Positions 1 through 12,029 are shown, numbered from the stretch's first letter. The stretch: 20,388 nt of DNA from a virus (IMGVR_UViG_2734482534_000001), one strand, 5' to 3'. Notes: generated by a model not told the origin, from the letters alone. Program-made: numbers and translations.

Positions 1-2452
<2,452 letters not shown>

Positions 2453-2512
2453 TCGTCATGCTCCATAAACGATAAAACCGCCCGGAGGCGATTTCACATA
2501 AAACATTTTGCA

Positions 2513-3184
2513 TCAGCGACCAATCACCACAACCTGACCACCGTCCCCTTCGTCTGCCGTGCTGATCTCCTGAGATACCACACGTGACCCCACGCGCATT
2601 TCACCATACAGAACAGGCATAACATTGCCCTGGGCAACCATGTTATCCAGTGAGGAGAAATAGGTGTTCTGCTTACCGTTATCCGTTGTCTGTGTGCGGG
2701 GAGTTCTGGCTTTCGGTGCCAGCATCTGAGCCACACCGCCGAGCACCATACTGGCACCGAGAGAAAACAGAATGCCGGTCATACCACCGGCACCAATGGC
2801 AGCCCCCCATGCTGCAAGGGTGGCTCCGGCGGTAAAGAATGATCCGGCAATGGCGGCTGCTCCCAGGACAATCTGGAATACACCACCTGACTTGGCCCCG
2901 GCGACTCTGGGAACAATATGAATCACAGCGCCGTCAGGCAGAGCCTCATGTAACTGTGCCGTTAATCCGGACGTGCTAACATCCTGCCCGGCAATACGCA
3001 CCTGATACCAGCCGTCGCTCAGCTTCTGACGAAACGCAGGGAGCTGTGTGGCCATCGCCCGGATGGCTTCGGCACCCGTTTTCACACGAAGGTCGATGCG
3101 GCGGCCAAATCGTTGCAAATCCCCGTAAAGGCAGATGCGTGCCATGCCCGGTGACGCCAGAGGGAGTGTGTGCGTCGCTGCCAT
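2513..3184 (-). CDS. I: Tail tip assembly protein I (223 aa, full length)
   Basis: ORF 2513..3184 (MAATHTLPLASPGMARICLYGDLQRFGRRIDL ... VVVIGR) matches lambda gpI in length and sequence; its start overlaps the 3' end of K by about 100 nt as in lambda. Confidence 0.92.
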   Translation of the reverse strand: MAATHTLPLASPGMARICLYGDLQRFGRRIDLRVKTGAEAIRAMATQLPAFRQKLSDGWYQVRIAGQDVSTSGLTAQLHEALPDGAVIHIVPRVAGAKSGGVFQIVLGAAAIAGSFFTAGATLAAWGAAIGAGGMTGILFSLGASMVLGGVAQMLAPKARTPRTQTTDNGKQNTYFSSLDNMVAQGNVMPVLYGEMRVGSRVVSQEISTADEGDGGQVVVIGR

Positions 3185-3269
3185 TTGTCGGTATACCTCT
3201 CTCGTTTGCTCAGTTGTTCAGGAATATGGTGCAGCAGCTCGCCGTCACCACAGTAAATGGCGGCATGAT
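3082..3269 (-). CDS. K: Tail tip assembly protein K, C-terminal fragment (5' end lost in N-run 3270-3519)
   Basis: Translation HAAIYCGDGELLHHIPEQLSKRERYTDKWQRRTHSLWRHRAW ... STFV then stop at 3082-3084 is the lambda gpK C-terminus; positioned immediately upstream of and overlapping I. Confidence 0.85.
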
Positions 3270-3519
3270 NNNNNNNNNNNNNNNNNNNNNNNNNNNNNNN
3301 NNNNNNNNNNNNNNNNNNNNNNNNNNNNNNNNNNNNNNNNNNNNNNNNNNNNNNNNNNNNNNNNNNNNNNNNNNNNNNNNNNNNNNNNNNNNNNNNNNNN
3401 NNNNNNNNNNNNNNNNNNNNNNNNNNNNNNNNNNNNNNNNNNNNNNNNNNNNNNNNNNNNNNNNNNNNNNNNNNNNNNNNNNNNNNNNNNNNNNNNNNNN
3501 NNNNNNNNNNNNNNNNNNN
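3270..3519. other. N-run (250 nt), gap between the K C-terminal fragment and the partial I copy
   Basis: Run of n characters. Confidence 0.9.
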
Positions 3520-3948
3520 ATTGCCCTGGGCAACCATGTTATCCAGTGAGGAGAAATACGTGTTTTGTTTGCCGTTATCCGTTGTCTGTGTACGGGGAGT
3601 TCTGGCTTTCGGTGCCAGCATCTGCGCCACACCACCAAGTACCATACTGGCACCGAGAGAAAACAGGATGCCGGTCATACCACCGGCCCCAATGGCTGCC
3701 CCCCATGCTGCAAGGGTGGCTCCGGCGGTAAAGAATGATCCGGCAATGGCGACTGCTCCCAGGACAATCTGGAATACGCCCCCTGACTTGGCCCCGGCGA
3801 CTCTGGGAACAATATGAATCACAGCGCCGTCAGGCAGAACCTCATGTAACTGCGCCGTCAATCCGGACGTGCTGACGTCCCGCCCGGAAATCCGTACCTG
3901 ATACCAGCCGTCGCTCAGTTTCTGACGAAACGCCGGGATCTGCATGGC
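3520..3948 (-). CDS. Second, divergent partial copy of tail assembly protein I (about residues 44-190), bounded by N-runs on both sides
   Basis: Translation AMQIPAFRQKLSDGWYQVRISGRDVSTSGLTAQLHEVLPDGAVIHIV ... DNMVAQGN parallels the full I copy at 2513-3184 but with substitutions (ISGRD vs IAGQD, HEVL vs HEAL, GAVAIAG vs GAAAIAG). Confidence 0.7.
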
Positions 3949-4198
3949 NNNNNNNNNNNNNNNNNNNNNNNNNNNNNNNNNNNNNNNNNNNNNNNNNNNN
4001 NNNNNNNNNNNNNNNNNNNNNNNNNNNNNNNNNNNNNNNNNNNNNNNNNNNNNNNNNNNNNNNNNNNNNNNNNNNNNNNNNNNNNNNNNNNNNNNNNNNN
4101 NNNNNNNNNNNNNNNNNNNNNNNNNNNNNNNNNNNNNNNNNNNNNNNNNNNNNNNNNNNNNNNNNNNNNNNNNNNNNNNNNNNNNNNNNNNNNNNNNN
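3949..4198. other. N-run (250 nt), gap between the partial I copy and the partial K copy
   Basis: Run of n characters. Confidence 0.9.
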
Positions 4199-4480
4199 TT
4201 GTGAATCGCCCCCCGGCAGACCAGCCACCACGGCAAATCACTCTGCACCTGCAGCCGCCGGTCGGCCTCACTCAGCCAGGGCAGACCACCGGGGTGGCTG
4301 TGGACCAGTGCCACAATCTCACCCTGCATCTCTGCCTGCAGCCAGTCTTCCGGCGACATACGGAAATACGCCTCCGGCTCACCGGAGATATTCACGCAGG
4401 GGAAATATCTTTCCCCCTCCGGCGTTCTTACCACGAAGCCGCACGACTCCGCTGGAGCACATCGCCCGGTTGTGCTGATG
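4199..4480 (-). CDS. Second, divergent partial copy of tail assembly protein K (N-terminal MPN/JAMM-like region), bounded by N-runs on both sides
   Basis: Translation ...CAPAESCGFVVRTPEGERYFPCVNISGEPEAYFRMSPEDWLQAEMQGEIVALVHSHPGGLPWLSEADRRLQVQSDLPWWLVCRGAIH parallels the K N-terminus at 4606-5099 with substitutions (EAYFRMSPED vs EDYFRMAPED, PWWLV vs PWLLV). Confidence 0.7.
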
Positions 4481-4605
4481 NNNNNNNNNNNNNNNNNNNN
4501 NNNNNNNNNNNNNNNNNNNNNNNNNNNNNNNNNNNNNNNNNNNNNNNNNNNNNNNNNNNNNNNNNNNNNNNNNNNNNNNNNNNNNNNNNNNNNNNNNNNN
4601 NNNNN
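4481..4605. other. N-run (125 nt), gap between the two K N-terminal copies
   Basis: Run of n characters. Confidence 0.9.
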
Positions 4606-5099
4606 ACCTGATACAGCCCTGTGGCCTCCAGATTATCCAGATAGAGATTCTGACCGTGACGCCACCAGTCATCCTCACGATGAAAATCCGGCATCTCAAT
4701 CCCCGCCAGATGATAAGCATCCCGGAACAGCGTGTAACAGTCCGTCACCCCGTGCTCAAAGCGCCGCCCGGTGAGATGCGGCACACAGCGGAACTTATGA
4801 ATCGCCCCCCGGCAGACCAGCAACCACGGCAAATCACTCTGCACCTGCAGCCGCCGGTCAGCCTCACTCAGCCAGGGCAGACCACCGGGGTGGCTGTGGA
4901 CCAGCGCCACAATCTCACCCTGCATTTCTGCCTGCAGCCAGTCCTCCGGAGCCATCCGGAAATAATCCTCCGGCTCACCGGAAATATTCACGCAGGGAAA
5001 ATATCTTTCCCCCTCCGGCGTTCTCACCACGAAGCCGCACGACTCCGCTGGCGCACATCGCCGGGCGTGCGCCAGAATCGCTGATTCTGTCTCTGTCAT
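4606..5099 (-). CDS. K: Tail tip assembly protein K, N-terminal 164 aa (3' end lost in N-run 4481-4605)
   Basis: Begins MTETESAILAHARRCAPAESCGFVVRTPEG five nt downstream of the L stop; contains the HSHPGG (JAMM-type) motif and the start of an NlpC/P60-like region; lambda gene order L then K. Confidence 0.85.
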
Positions 5100-5103
5100 G
5101 GGA

Positions 5104-5802
5104 TTACTGCGAAAGTTTGTTAATGGAAAGGAAGCCGCCAAAGTTGCCGACGTTATTGCGAAACTTACAGCCACTCAGGCATTTGCTGCATTTATCCTTC
5201 GTGATATCGGACGTTGGCTGGTCATATTCATCCGCGACCGCCGGACCGTGATAACCGCACTCATCGCCGCGATAGGTCCAGGTGCAGGTGTTGGCCAGCA
5301 TGATACGTCCCGGAAAAACAGCGCCGTCCGTTTCCGTCGGCGTGGACAGTACAAAAGAGGCACTCACCGCGCTCAGTTCGCTGCACTGCTCAATGCGCCA
5401 GCGGCTGATCACCTCCTGCTCCGGATCGGCGTCACTGTTTCCGTTGACGAAGTTCACCGCATCCAGAAAACGGGCGTAAACCTTACGCCGGACCACCGTT
5501 CCGCCGACCAGACTCTGTAGATCTTCCGCCATCCCGGTGACCATACCGTACAGGTTAGAAACCATCAGCGTGGGGCGCGTACTGGTGCCTTTGCCATTCA
5601 GTTCAAAACCACTCCCCTGAATGGGATACGGCTGATACTGTCGCCCCTGCCAGGTGACCGGCTCACCTTTTTCGTTCTGCTCATTACAGAAAAAATAACG
5701 TTCTCCACCGACCTCTGTCAGATCGATTTCCCAGAGCACCACGCTGGCCGACTGCTCCGCACGGGTGCATTCATTCAGTGTTTCCTGCCGGATATCCTGC
5801 AT
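5104..5802 (-). CDS. L: Tail assembly protein L (232 aa)
   Basis: ORF 5104..5802 (MQDIRQETLNECTRAEQSASVVLWEIDL...) matches lambda gpL; its ATG overlaps the M stop (TGATG on the coding strand). Confidence 0.94.
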   Translation of the reverse strand: MQDIRQETLNECTRAEQSASVVLWEIDLTEVGGERYFFCNEQNEKGEPVTWQGRQYQPYPIQGSGFELNGKGTSTRPTLMVSNLYGMVTGMAEDLQSLVGGTVVRRKVYARFLDAVNFVNGNSDADPEQEVISRWRIEQCSELSAVSASFVLSTPTETDGAVFPGRIMLANTCTWTYRGDECGYHGPAVADEYDQPTSDITKDKCSKCLSGCKFRNNVGNFGGFLSINKLSQ

Positions 5803-6131
5803 CAGTTCACCACCTGTTCAAACTCTGCGCTGAACTCAACACGCAGCATACTGACCCGCGACGACCATTTTGCGCAGGTCACCTTTATCTGCCGCCACTC
5901 ATAAGGCGGCGTCCACAGAAAGGCTTTCCAGCCCCCGTGCTCTTCCAGAAACGACTCCAGTACCATGGCCTCCTCACGGGGGACAGAAAGCGTCACGCTG
6001 TACGTTTTCAGGTTGGCATTCAGCCCGGCAGGCGCTCGCTGGGAATAGCCATCACCAAAGCGCACCTTTCTTACAGAAGGGGCCGAAGCCACATCCATAC
6101 CGGGTTTCACTTTCCAGCGGAAGGTTTTCAT
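5802..6131 (-). CDS. M: Tail assembly protein M (109 aa)
   Basis: ORF 5802..6131 (MKTFRWKVKPGMDVASAPSVRKVRFGDGYSQ...) matches lambda gpM; its start overlaps the H stop. Confidence 0.94.
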   Translation of the reverse strand: MKTFRWKVKPGMDVASAPSVRKVRFGDGYSQRAPAGLNANLKTYSVTLSVPREEAMVLESFLEEHGGWKAFLWTPPYEWRQIKVTCAKWSSRVSMLRVEFSAEFEQVVN

Positions 6132-8689
6132 CGTCCACCTCCGGAGAACAGGCCACCATCACGCATCTGTGTCTGAATTTCATCACGGGCACCCTTGCGG
6201 GCCATGTCATACACGGCCTTCATCATCTGTGGACCTGGCAGACCATTCGTACCGTCGTTCTGAATCACCACGTGATTGTTCTGATTAAAATTAATGCCTT
6301 CAGCCCGCCGCATCTGCGCCGGACTTCCGGCACCGCCCACATAACCACCTTCCGCATAGCCGCGCATCAGCCGGTAGAGATTCCCCACGCCAATCCGGCT
6401 GGTTGCCTCCTTCGTGAAGACAAATTCACCACGGTGAACAATCCCCGCTGGCTCATATTTGCCGCCGGTTCCCGTAAATCCCCCGGTTGCAAAATGGAAT
6501 TTCACCGCAGCGGCCTGAATGGCTGTACCACCTGACGCGGATGCGCCGCCACCAACAGCCCCGCCAATGGCGCTGCCGATACTCCCGACAATCCCCACCA
6601 TTGCCTGCTTAAGCAGAATTTCTGTCATCATGGACAGCACGGAGCGGGTGAAGCTGCGCCAGTTCTGTTCACTGCCGGTCAGCATCGCCGCCATATTCTG
6701 TGCAATACCATCAAAGGTCTGCGTGGCTGCACTTTTAACCTGTGACATACTGTCCGTGGCGCTCTCTTCCCACTCACTCCAGCCGGACTTCAGGCCTGCC
6801 ATCCAGCTCCCGCGAAGCTGGTCTTCAGCCGCCCAGGTCTTTTTCTGCTCTGACATGACGTTATTCAGCGCCAGAGGATTATCGCCATACTGTTCCTTCA
6901 GGCGCTGTTCCGTGGCTTCCCGCGCTGCCTGCCGGTCAGTCAGCCCCCGGTTTTTCGCATCAATGGCTGCCCGTTTTGCCCGTTGCTGCTGTGCGAATTT
7001 ATCCGCCTGCTGCGCCAGCGCATTCAGGTGCTCCTGATACGTAACCTTGTCACCAAGTGCAGCCAGCTGGCGTTTGTACTCCAGCGTCTCGTCTTTATGC
7101 GCCAGCAGGGATTTCTCCTGTGCGGACAGCTGGCGACGTTGTGCCGCCTCCTCCAGTACCGCGAACTGACTTTCTGCCTTCCACAAATCCCGGCGCTGCT
7201 GGCTGATTTTCTCATTCGCTCCGGCATGCTTCTCCAGCGTCCGGAGTTCTGCCTGAAGCGTCAGCAGGGCCGCATGAGCACTGTCTTCCTGACGATCGCC
7301 CGCATACACCTTCACGCCGGACTGTTTCGGCTTTTTCAGCGTCGCTTCATAATCCTTTTTCGCCGCCGCCATCAGCGTGTTGTAATCTGCCTGCAGGATT
7401 TTTCCGTCTTTCAGTGCCTTGTTCAGTTCTTCCTGACGGGCGGTATATTTCTCCAGCGGCGTCTGCAGCCGTTCGTAAGCCTTCTGCGCCTCTTCGGTAT
7501 ATTTCAGCCGTGACGCTTCGGTATCGCTCTGCTGCTGCGCATTTTTGTCCTGTTGACGCTGTTGATCTACCCTCTTTTGGGCTGCATCCCGCTCCAGGCG
7601 TTTTTTTTCACGATCATCCCAGTAACGCGCCCGTGCTTCATCGTTAACGAAATAATCATCCTTGCGCAGATTCCAGATGTCGTCTGCTTTCTTAAACGCA
7701 GCCTCTGCCTTAATCAGCATCTCCTGCGCGGTATCAGGACGACCAATATCCAGCACCGCATCCCACATGGATTTGAATGCACGTGCAGTCCTGTCTGCCC
7801 AGGTCTCCAGCGTGCCCATGTTCTCTTTCAGGCGGCGGGTCTGGTCATCAAACCCTTTCGTTGCGGCCTCGTTCGCCGCCTGCAATGCCCCGGCTTCATC
7901 GCCGGAACGCTGCAACTGAGCAACATACGCAATCTGCTCCGCCGTCACGTTATGGAACTGGCGTGCCATCGCCGTCAGCCCCGACGTCGGGTCTGTGGTC
8001 AGCTTCCCGAAGGCTTCAGCGACCTTGTCCACCTCCACGCCGGATGCATAGGAGAAACGCGCCACACTCTGGCTGATGGACGCAATCTGAGCCTCACCGC
8101 TTACCCCCGCCTTAACCAGTGCGCTGAGTGACTCGCTGGTCTGGTTAAACGTCAGCCCTGCCGCCTGCCCGGCTCTGGACAGGACCAGCATACGATCTGC
8201 CGTCAGTCCCGCCTGATTACCGGAAAGGACCAGCGTTTTGTTGAAATCGGACAGGGTTGAGTTGCCCTGATACCAGGCATACGCCAGCGCACCGGTCGCC
8301 ACCGCCAGCGAGGTGGCCCCCACCATCGGCAGGGTGATCGCGCCGGCAAGCCCCCTGAACATGGGGATCATCCCGCCGAAGGAGTCCTTAACCTGACCAC
8401 CCTGTTGCAGCAGGATCAGCCAGGGATTCTGCCCCCCTGCAAGCTGCGTGGCCACGTCGGTGAACTGTGCAGGCAGCATACGCATGGCGGCTTTATACTG
8501 CCCGACGGAAATCCCCGCTTTCTGTGCAGCCAGCGCCTGTCGGCTCAGCGACTGTTCAACGACTGCCGCTGTTTTTTTCGCATCACTTTCCGTACCGGAA
8601 AAATGACGCCTGACTCTGGCCATCTGCTCGTCAAATCTGGCCGCATCCAGACTCAAATCAACGACCAGATCGCCTACCGGTTCAGCCAT
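6128..8689 (-). CDS. H: Tail tape measure protein H (853 aa)
   Basis: ORF 6128..8689, 853 aa, begins MAEPVGDLVVDLSLDAARFDEQMARV; coiled-coil-rich middle and Gly-rich C-terminal region as in lambda gpH; same length as lambda gpH as recalled. Confidence 0.94.
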   Translation of the reverse strand: MAEPVGDLVVDLSLDAARFDEQMARVRRHFSGTESDAKKTAAVVEQSLSRQALAAQKAGISVGQYKAAMRMLPAQFTDVATQLAGGQNPWLILLQQGGQVKDSFGGMIPMFRGLAGAITLPMVGATSLAVATGALAYAWYQGNSTLSDFNKTLVLSGNQAGLTADRMLVLSRAGQAAGLTFNQTSESLSALVKAGVSGEAQIASISQSVARFSYASGVEVDKVAEAFGKLTTDPTSGLTAMARQFHNVTAEQIAYVAQLQRSGDEAGALQAANEAATKGFDDQTRRLKENMGTLETWADRTARAFKSMWDAVLDIGRPDTAQEMLIKAEAAFKKADDIWNLRKDDYFVNDEARARYWDDREKKRLERDAAQKRVDQQRQQDKNAQQQSDTEASRLKYTEEAQKAYERLQTPLEKYTARQEELNKALKDGKILQADYNTLMAAAKKDYEATLKKPKQSGVKVYAGDRQEDSAHAALLTLQAELRTLEKHAGANEKISQQRRDLWKAESQFAVLEEAAQRRQLSAQEKSLLAHKDETLEYKRQLAALGDKVTYQEHLNALAQQADKFAQQQRAKRAAIDAKNRGLTDRQAAREATEQRLKEQYGDNPLALNNVMSEQKKTWAAEDQLRGSWMAGLKSGWSEWEESATDSMSQVKSAATQTFDGIAQNMAAMLTGSEQNWRSFTRSVLSMMTEILLKQAMVGIVGSIGSAIGGAVGGGASASGGTAIQAAAVKFHFATGGFTGTGGKYEPAGIVHRGEFVFTKEATSRIGVGNLYRLMRGYAEGGYVGGAGSPAQMRRAEGINFNQNNHVVIQNDGTNGLPGPQMMKAVYDMARKGARDEIQTQMRDGGLFSGGGR

Positions 8690-9116
8690 ACCGGACTCCT
8701 CCTGCGATCCCTTCTGATACTGTCATCAGCATTACGTCATCCTCCGTCATGTCCGCCACATCCGGGGAAGCGGGGATAACTTCATTCCCGTCCGGGCCAA
8801 AGCGGACACCTCCGGCAAGCCCTGCCGCTTTCTGCATCAGCACATCATCTTCAGGCTCTTCGTCAGCCTCGCGCCGGTTCAGCAGACTGAAATCCAGCGG
8901 ATGCATCTCCGGATCGCTGAAAAACAGGCTGAGCACGGTGTACGTCAGCCCGGAAAAGTGCATATCCAGCAGAACATCATGAAAATAATGGGTACTGTAA
9001 AAGCGGTGCCAGTCGGCATACTCCGTGGATGACATCCCGGCAAGCATGGCGCGCCAGTCGGGTCGCCCCATCTCACGCGCCAGTTTCAGGGCAAAACTCA
9101 GCTCACCGTCGAACAC
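8682..9116 (-). CDS. T: Tail assembly chaperone T reading frame, expressed as the G-T fusion by -1 programmed frameshift from G
   Basis: ORF 8682..9116 (…FDGELSFALKLAREMGRPDWRAMLAGMSSTEYADWHRFY...) matches lambda gpT; it has no independent ATG and lies in the -1 frame relative to the G 3' end. Confidence 0.9.
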   Translation of the reverse strand: MFDGELSFALKLAREMGRPDWRAMLAGMSSTEYADWHRFYSTHYFHDVLLDMHFSGLTYTVLSLFFSDPEMHPLDFSLLNRREADEEPEDDVLMQKAAGLAGGVRFGPDGNEVIPASPDVADMTEDDVMLMTVSEGIAGGVRYG

Positions 9117-9520
9117 TTTCCCGCAGAAACAGGCTCTGCAGGCCCGGCGTCCTCTGCCTGTTCAGGAGCATCATTCACCACAAACTCATACATACCGGAC
9201 AGCCGGTACACCACGTTTTCAGCATGAGAAATTGCCTCTGTGGGCCAGGTGGTAAGCACTTCCTGCTCAATCTGTTTAACGGCTTCATTCATGGACGGCA
9301 TCTGCGTCTTCTTCGGATGGTTATGCCACAGGGACATCGCAACCACAAAAGCGCCGGTTCTGATGGCGTCTTCCACAGTAAACTTCCGGTTGCTGTCTGA
9401 CTCCGCCTGTTCTGCCTGCCGTTTCATCAGGTCGAGATGCTCAATACGCTGCAGGGCTGACAGTTCAGAAAGCGTGACGGTCACACCGTTATGTTCAAAT
9501 GATTCGGTTTTCAGGAACAT
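9098..9520 (-). CDS. G: Tail assembly chaperone G (140 aa)
   Basis: ORF 9098..9520 (MFLKTESFEHNGVTVTLSELSALQRIEHLDLMKRQAEQ...) matches lambda gpG; the slippery heptamer lies near its 3' end. Confidence 0.94.
   Translation of the reverse strand: MFLKTESFEHNGVTVTLSELSALQRIEHLDLMKRQAEQAESDSNRKFTVEDAIRTGAFVVAMSLWHNHPKKTQMPSMNEAVKQIEQEVLTTWPTEAISHAENVVYRLSGMYEFVVNDAPEQAEDAGPAEPVSAGKCSTVS
9116..9122 (-). other. -1 programmed ribosomal frameshift slippery heptamer G GGA AAG (G to G-T fusion)
   Basis: Plus strand reads ctttccc at 9116-9122, i.e. GGGAAAG on the coding strand, in the G frame as gcG GGA AAG. Shifting -1 here gives GKVFDGELSFALKLAREMG, which is the T frame. Confidence 0.85.
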
Positions 9521-9535
9521 CGCTGACTCTCCGGA

Positions 9536-10276
9536 TTAACTGGCGGTGACGTTGATTTCTGCAACCGCAGCAAACTCACCATTACCAGATACGACCGGAA
9601 TGTTGACCTTGCCTGCAGCAACACCTTTCACGGTGATGGTCATACCACTGACCGACACGGTGGCTTTTGTTTTATCCGCAGACACCGCACGGAAGCTCTT
9701 GTCGGTTGCGCCATCCGGCTGGAATGCCACGGTCAGCGTGGTGCTCTGCCCTTTCACTACGGAAGCACTGGCGGGTGTCACCGTCATGCCGGTCGTCGCC
9801 GTCACCGTGCTGCGATCTTCTGCCATCGACGGACGTCCCACATTGGTGACCTTCACCGTGCGGGTAATCACCTCCTTCGCCGTCACCGCCTTACCGATAC
9901 TGCTGACCCAGCCACGGAACACATCGACCGTGCCGTTCGGGAAGCGGATTTTATAGGCACGGGTATCACCTTCATTAAACCACGCCAGCAGCGCCTGCTG
10001 CCCCTGCTCTCCGGGCATCCACGCCAGCGTGAAGCTGGTATCTCCGGCAGATTTCTGCCCCTGCCCGGTCGCAGTCCAGTCTGCATCTTCATCATCGAGA
10101 TAGCTGTCGTCATAGGACTCAGCGGTCAGTTCGCCGGGCGTCAGGTCTTTAACTTTTGCCAGACGCGACCAGTCAACGTCTGAAAGCGGGTTCGCATAAG
10201 GGTCACCGCTCCCCTTATAAACCCACAGGGTGGTCCCGGCACCTTTCACCGGCATTGTAGGATTTGGTACAGGCAT
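9536..10276 (-). CDS. V: Major tail tube protein V (246 aa)
   Basis: Within ORF 9536..10306 the lambda gpV N-terminus [22 protein letters not shown] starts at the ATG at 10274-10276, preceded by a GAGGA Shine-Dalgarno sequence; C-terminal Ig-like region is present. Confidence 0.93.
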   Translation of the reverse strand: MPVPNPTMPVKGAGTTLWVYKGSGDPYANPLSDVDWSRLAKVKDLTPGELTAESYDDSYLDDEDADWTATGQGQKSAGDTSFTLAWMPGEQGQQALLAWFNEGDTRAYKIRFPNGTVDVFRGWVSSIGKAVTAKEVITRTVKVTNVGRPSMAEDRSTVTATTGMTVTPASASVVKGQSTTLTVAFQPDGATDKSFRAVSADKTKATVSVSGMTITVKGVAAGKVNIPVVSGNGEFAAVAEINVTAS

Positions 10277-10283
10277 AGCGTCC

Positions 10284-10679
10284 TCACATTTCATAGATAA
10301 TGACATAAGTCAGATCGGCTGAACTCCACAGGCCCGCATCATCGTCGCGCCGGTAGTCATAGCCGCTGGCCACCATACTGGTGATCAAATCTGACAGTGC
10401 CGGGATATCGCTCATCACAGGATAAATCCGGGACTCCATCCACGAATCCAGCTCTGAATCCGGCACCTGAGCAGGCAGGAAAACTTCAATATGCAGCTCC
10501 GCCTGCCAGGTATCGCTGTCCAGCTCTTCGCCCGTGTATTCAGCGCCGGTGAGATAAACGGCAATTGCCGGAAAATCTTCCTCATCAAAAACAGCGGGGC
10601 GACCATCAAAAAGCGTCGCCCCGGTGTCATGCTTCTCCAGTGCATCCAGTACGGCTGCACGGAGTTCAGTATGTTTCAT
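10284..10679 (-). CDS. U: Tail terminator protein U (131 aa)
   Basis: ORF 10284..10679 ([36 protein letters not shown]...) matches lambda gpU. Confidence 0.94.
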   Translation of the reverse strand: MKHTELRAAVLDALEKHDTGATLFDGRPAVFDEEDFPAIAVYLTGAEYTGEELDSDTWQAELHIEVFLPAQVPDSELDSWMESRIYPVMSDIPALSDLITSMVASGYDYRRDDDAGLWSSADLTYVIIYEM

Positions 10680-11254
10680 CGCTTTATTACCATTCTCAGT
10701 TGATGCTGCAGCGCATAGCCCAGCTCTTTCGGAAGACGTTCACGCCGTATCCGTTCAATATTCTGTTTAAACGCCGTGGTCAGCGGCACCGCCATCGGGA
10801 TTTTCACCACATCAATGGGGTAACGGTTTTTCCCGGCCACACGCTGCATAACATGCCACCGGCCGTTTTTCAGTTGCTGAATAAACGCGCCGGGAATACG
10901 ACGGTTACCCACCACAAGCACGCTGCCGCCACCTTTCAGGGATGAACGCTGCCCCTTTTTATGACGCCTGCGGCGGGACAGGACAACCCGCGCATTACCC
11001 AGCTTGATTACGGGCAAATCCCCCCGGTTAACTTTGATTCTGGCCTGCGGATTTTTGACCGTGGCCCTTTTCAGCCTGGCCCTTTCCTTTACCAGTTTCC
11101 GGCGTACCTTTGTCTCACGGGCAACCTGTGACGCAGACTGCGATATCGCGGATGAAGCAACGCGGTTAATGGCCATTGCGGCGGCACCGGGCACCGCCGT
11201 TTTGCTGATACGGCTGAGGTTTTCAACGGCCTGCTCAAGACCTTTTATGGCCAT
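10676..11254 (-). CDS. Z: Tail completion protein Z (192 aa)
   Basis: ORF 10676..11254 (MAIKGLEQAVENLSRISKTAVPGAAAMAINRVASS...) matches lambda gpZ; its stop overlaps the U start. Confidence 0.94.
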   Translation of the reverse strand: MAIKGLEQAVENLSRISKTAVPGAAAMAINRVASSAISQSASQVARETKVRRKLVKERARLKRATVKNPQARIKVNRGDLPVIKLGNARVVLSRRRRHKKGQRSSLKGGGSVLVVGNRRIPGAFIQQLKNGRWHVMQRVAGKNRYPIDVVKIPMAVPLTTAFKQNIERIRRERLPKELGYALQHQLRMVIKR

Positions 11255-11265
11255 ACATCCCCCTT

Positions 11266-11619
11266 TCAGCGGCGACGGTTAACGGCAGGCGGTACGCCCC
11301 GTCCAAGCCAGAGATGACAACTTCCGCCATCATCCGGCGAAACCCGATCTACCCAGAAATTTTCCTCACCGATGGTCAGCGTGTCTCCACGCCGCAGCTG
11401 CCGCACCTCATCAGTCCGGACAAACAGGGACGGGCTGGAGCCTTCAACGCGCACGCCCTGTCCGGCATAGCTGATATTTTCAGGGTCATCAAAAACACCA
11501 CGTATCACCGCACCTGACTGCTCACCGGATGTCATGGTGGCTGACGTTCCCATGTACCCGCGTATCGTTTCATCGGCGCGGGCAATGGCAGCATCGAACA
11601 GGTTATCGAAATCAGCCAC
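11266..11619 (-). CDS. FII: Head-tail joining protein FII (117 aa)
   Basis: ORF 11266..11619 (MADFDNLFDAAIARADETIRGYMGTSATMTSGEQ...) matches lambda gpFII. Confidence 0.94.
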   Translation of the reverse strand: MADFDNLFDAAIARADETIRGYMGTSATMTSGEQSGAVIRGVFDDPENISYAGQGVRVEGSSPSLFVRTDEVRQLRRGDTLTIGEENFWVDRVSPDDGGSCHLWLGRGVPPAVNRRR

Positions 11620-11630
11620 AGCGCCTCCCG

Positions 11631-12029
11631 TTATTGCATTCTGGCCAGGCCGCGCTCTGTCATTTCGGCTGCCACACCGGCAGAGACACGAAACGCCGTT
11701 CCCGGCAGCACAAATGCCACAGGTTTATCCCGCGTGGCGTGAAGTGCATCAGTATGCAGCGTCACCAGTGCCACGACCGTGACCAGTTCAGCCGTATCCT
11801 GAATCACGGTATCCGGCTGCGCTGATACCACCTCATTTTCATGCCCGGTCAGCACATTTTCCCGGCTGAGAGGGGTGTCCTGACCGGCAGTTTCATCCGT
11901 GTCATCAAGCTCTTCTTCCAGCTCTGCCACACGAAGCGCCAGTTCTTCTTTCGTTCCCGTCAAACTGACATCGCGGTTCAATTGCTCACCCAGCTCCTGA
12001 AGACGGGCAATCAGTTCATCTTTCGTCAT
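11631..12029 (-). CDS. FI: DNA packaging protein FI (132 aa)
   Basis: Within ORF 11631..12068 the lambda gpFI N-terminus MTKDELIARL starts at the ATG at 12027-12029; acidic middle region (EELDDTDETAGQD) as in lambda. Confidence 0.92.
   Translation of the reverse strand: MTKDELIARLQELGEQLNRDVSLTGTKEELALRVAELEEELDDTDETAGQDTPLSRENVLTGHENEVVSAQPDTVIQDTAELVTVVALVTLHTDALHATRDKPVAFVLPGTAFRVSAGVAAEMTERGLARMQ

Noticed and set aside
3046-3817. Plus-strand ORFs 3046..3549, 3135..3731 and 3521..3817, and minus-strand ORFs 2524..2757 and 3210..3653
   Set aside because: They are alternative frames of the I/K coding sequence, and most read through N-runs; the K and I frames carry the recognisable protein sequence.
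3082-4434. Single 450-aa ORF 3082..4434 in the ORF track
   Set aside because: It is a composite: three separate gene fragments (K N-terminal copy, partial I copy, K C-terminus) happen to share a frame across two 250-nt N-runs. It is not one gene.
3082-5099. Possibility that the repeated K/I fragments and N-runs are a CRISPR-like or other designed repeat array
   Set aside because: The repeats are coding-length, divergent gene fragments separated by N placeholders, not short direct repeats with unique spacers.
6519-8131. Plus-strand ORFs antisense to H (6519..7037, 6983..7513, 7553..8131, 7777..8076)
   Set aside because: They fall entirely inside the tape measure gene on the opposite strand and have low-complexity, Arg/Leu/Cys-rich translations; H on the minus strand explains the region.
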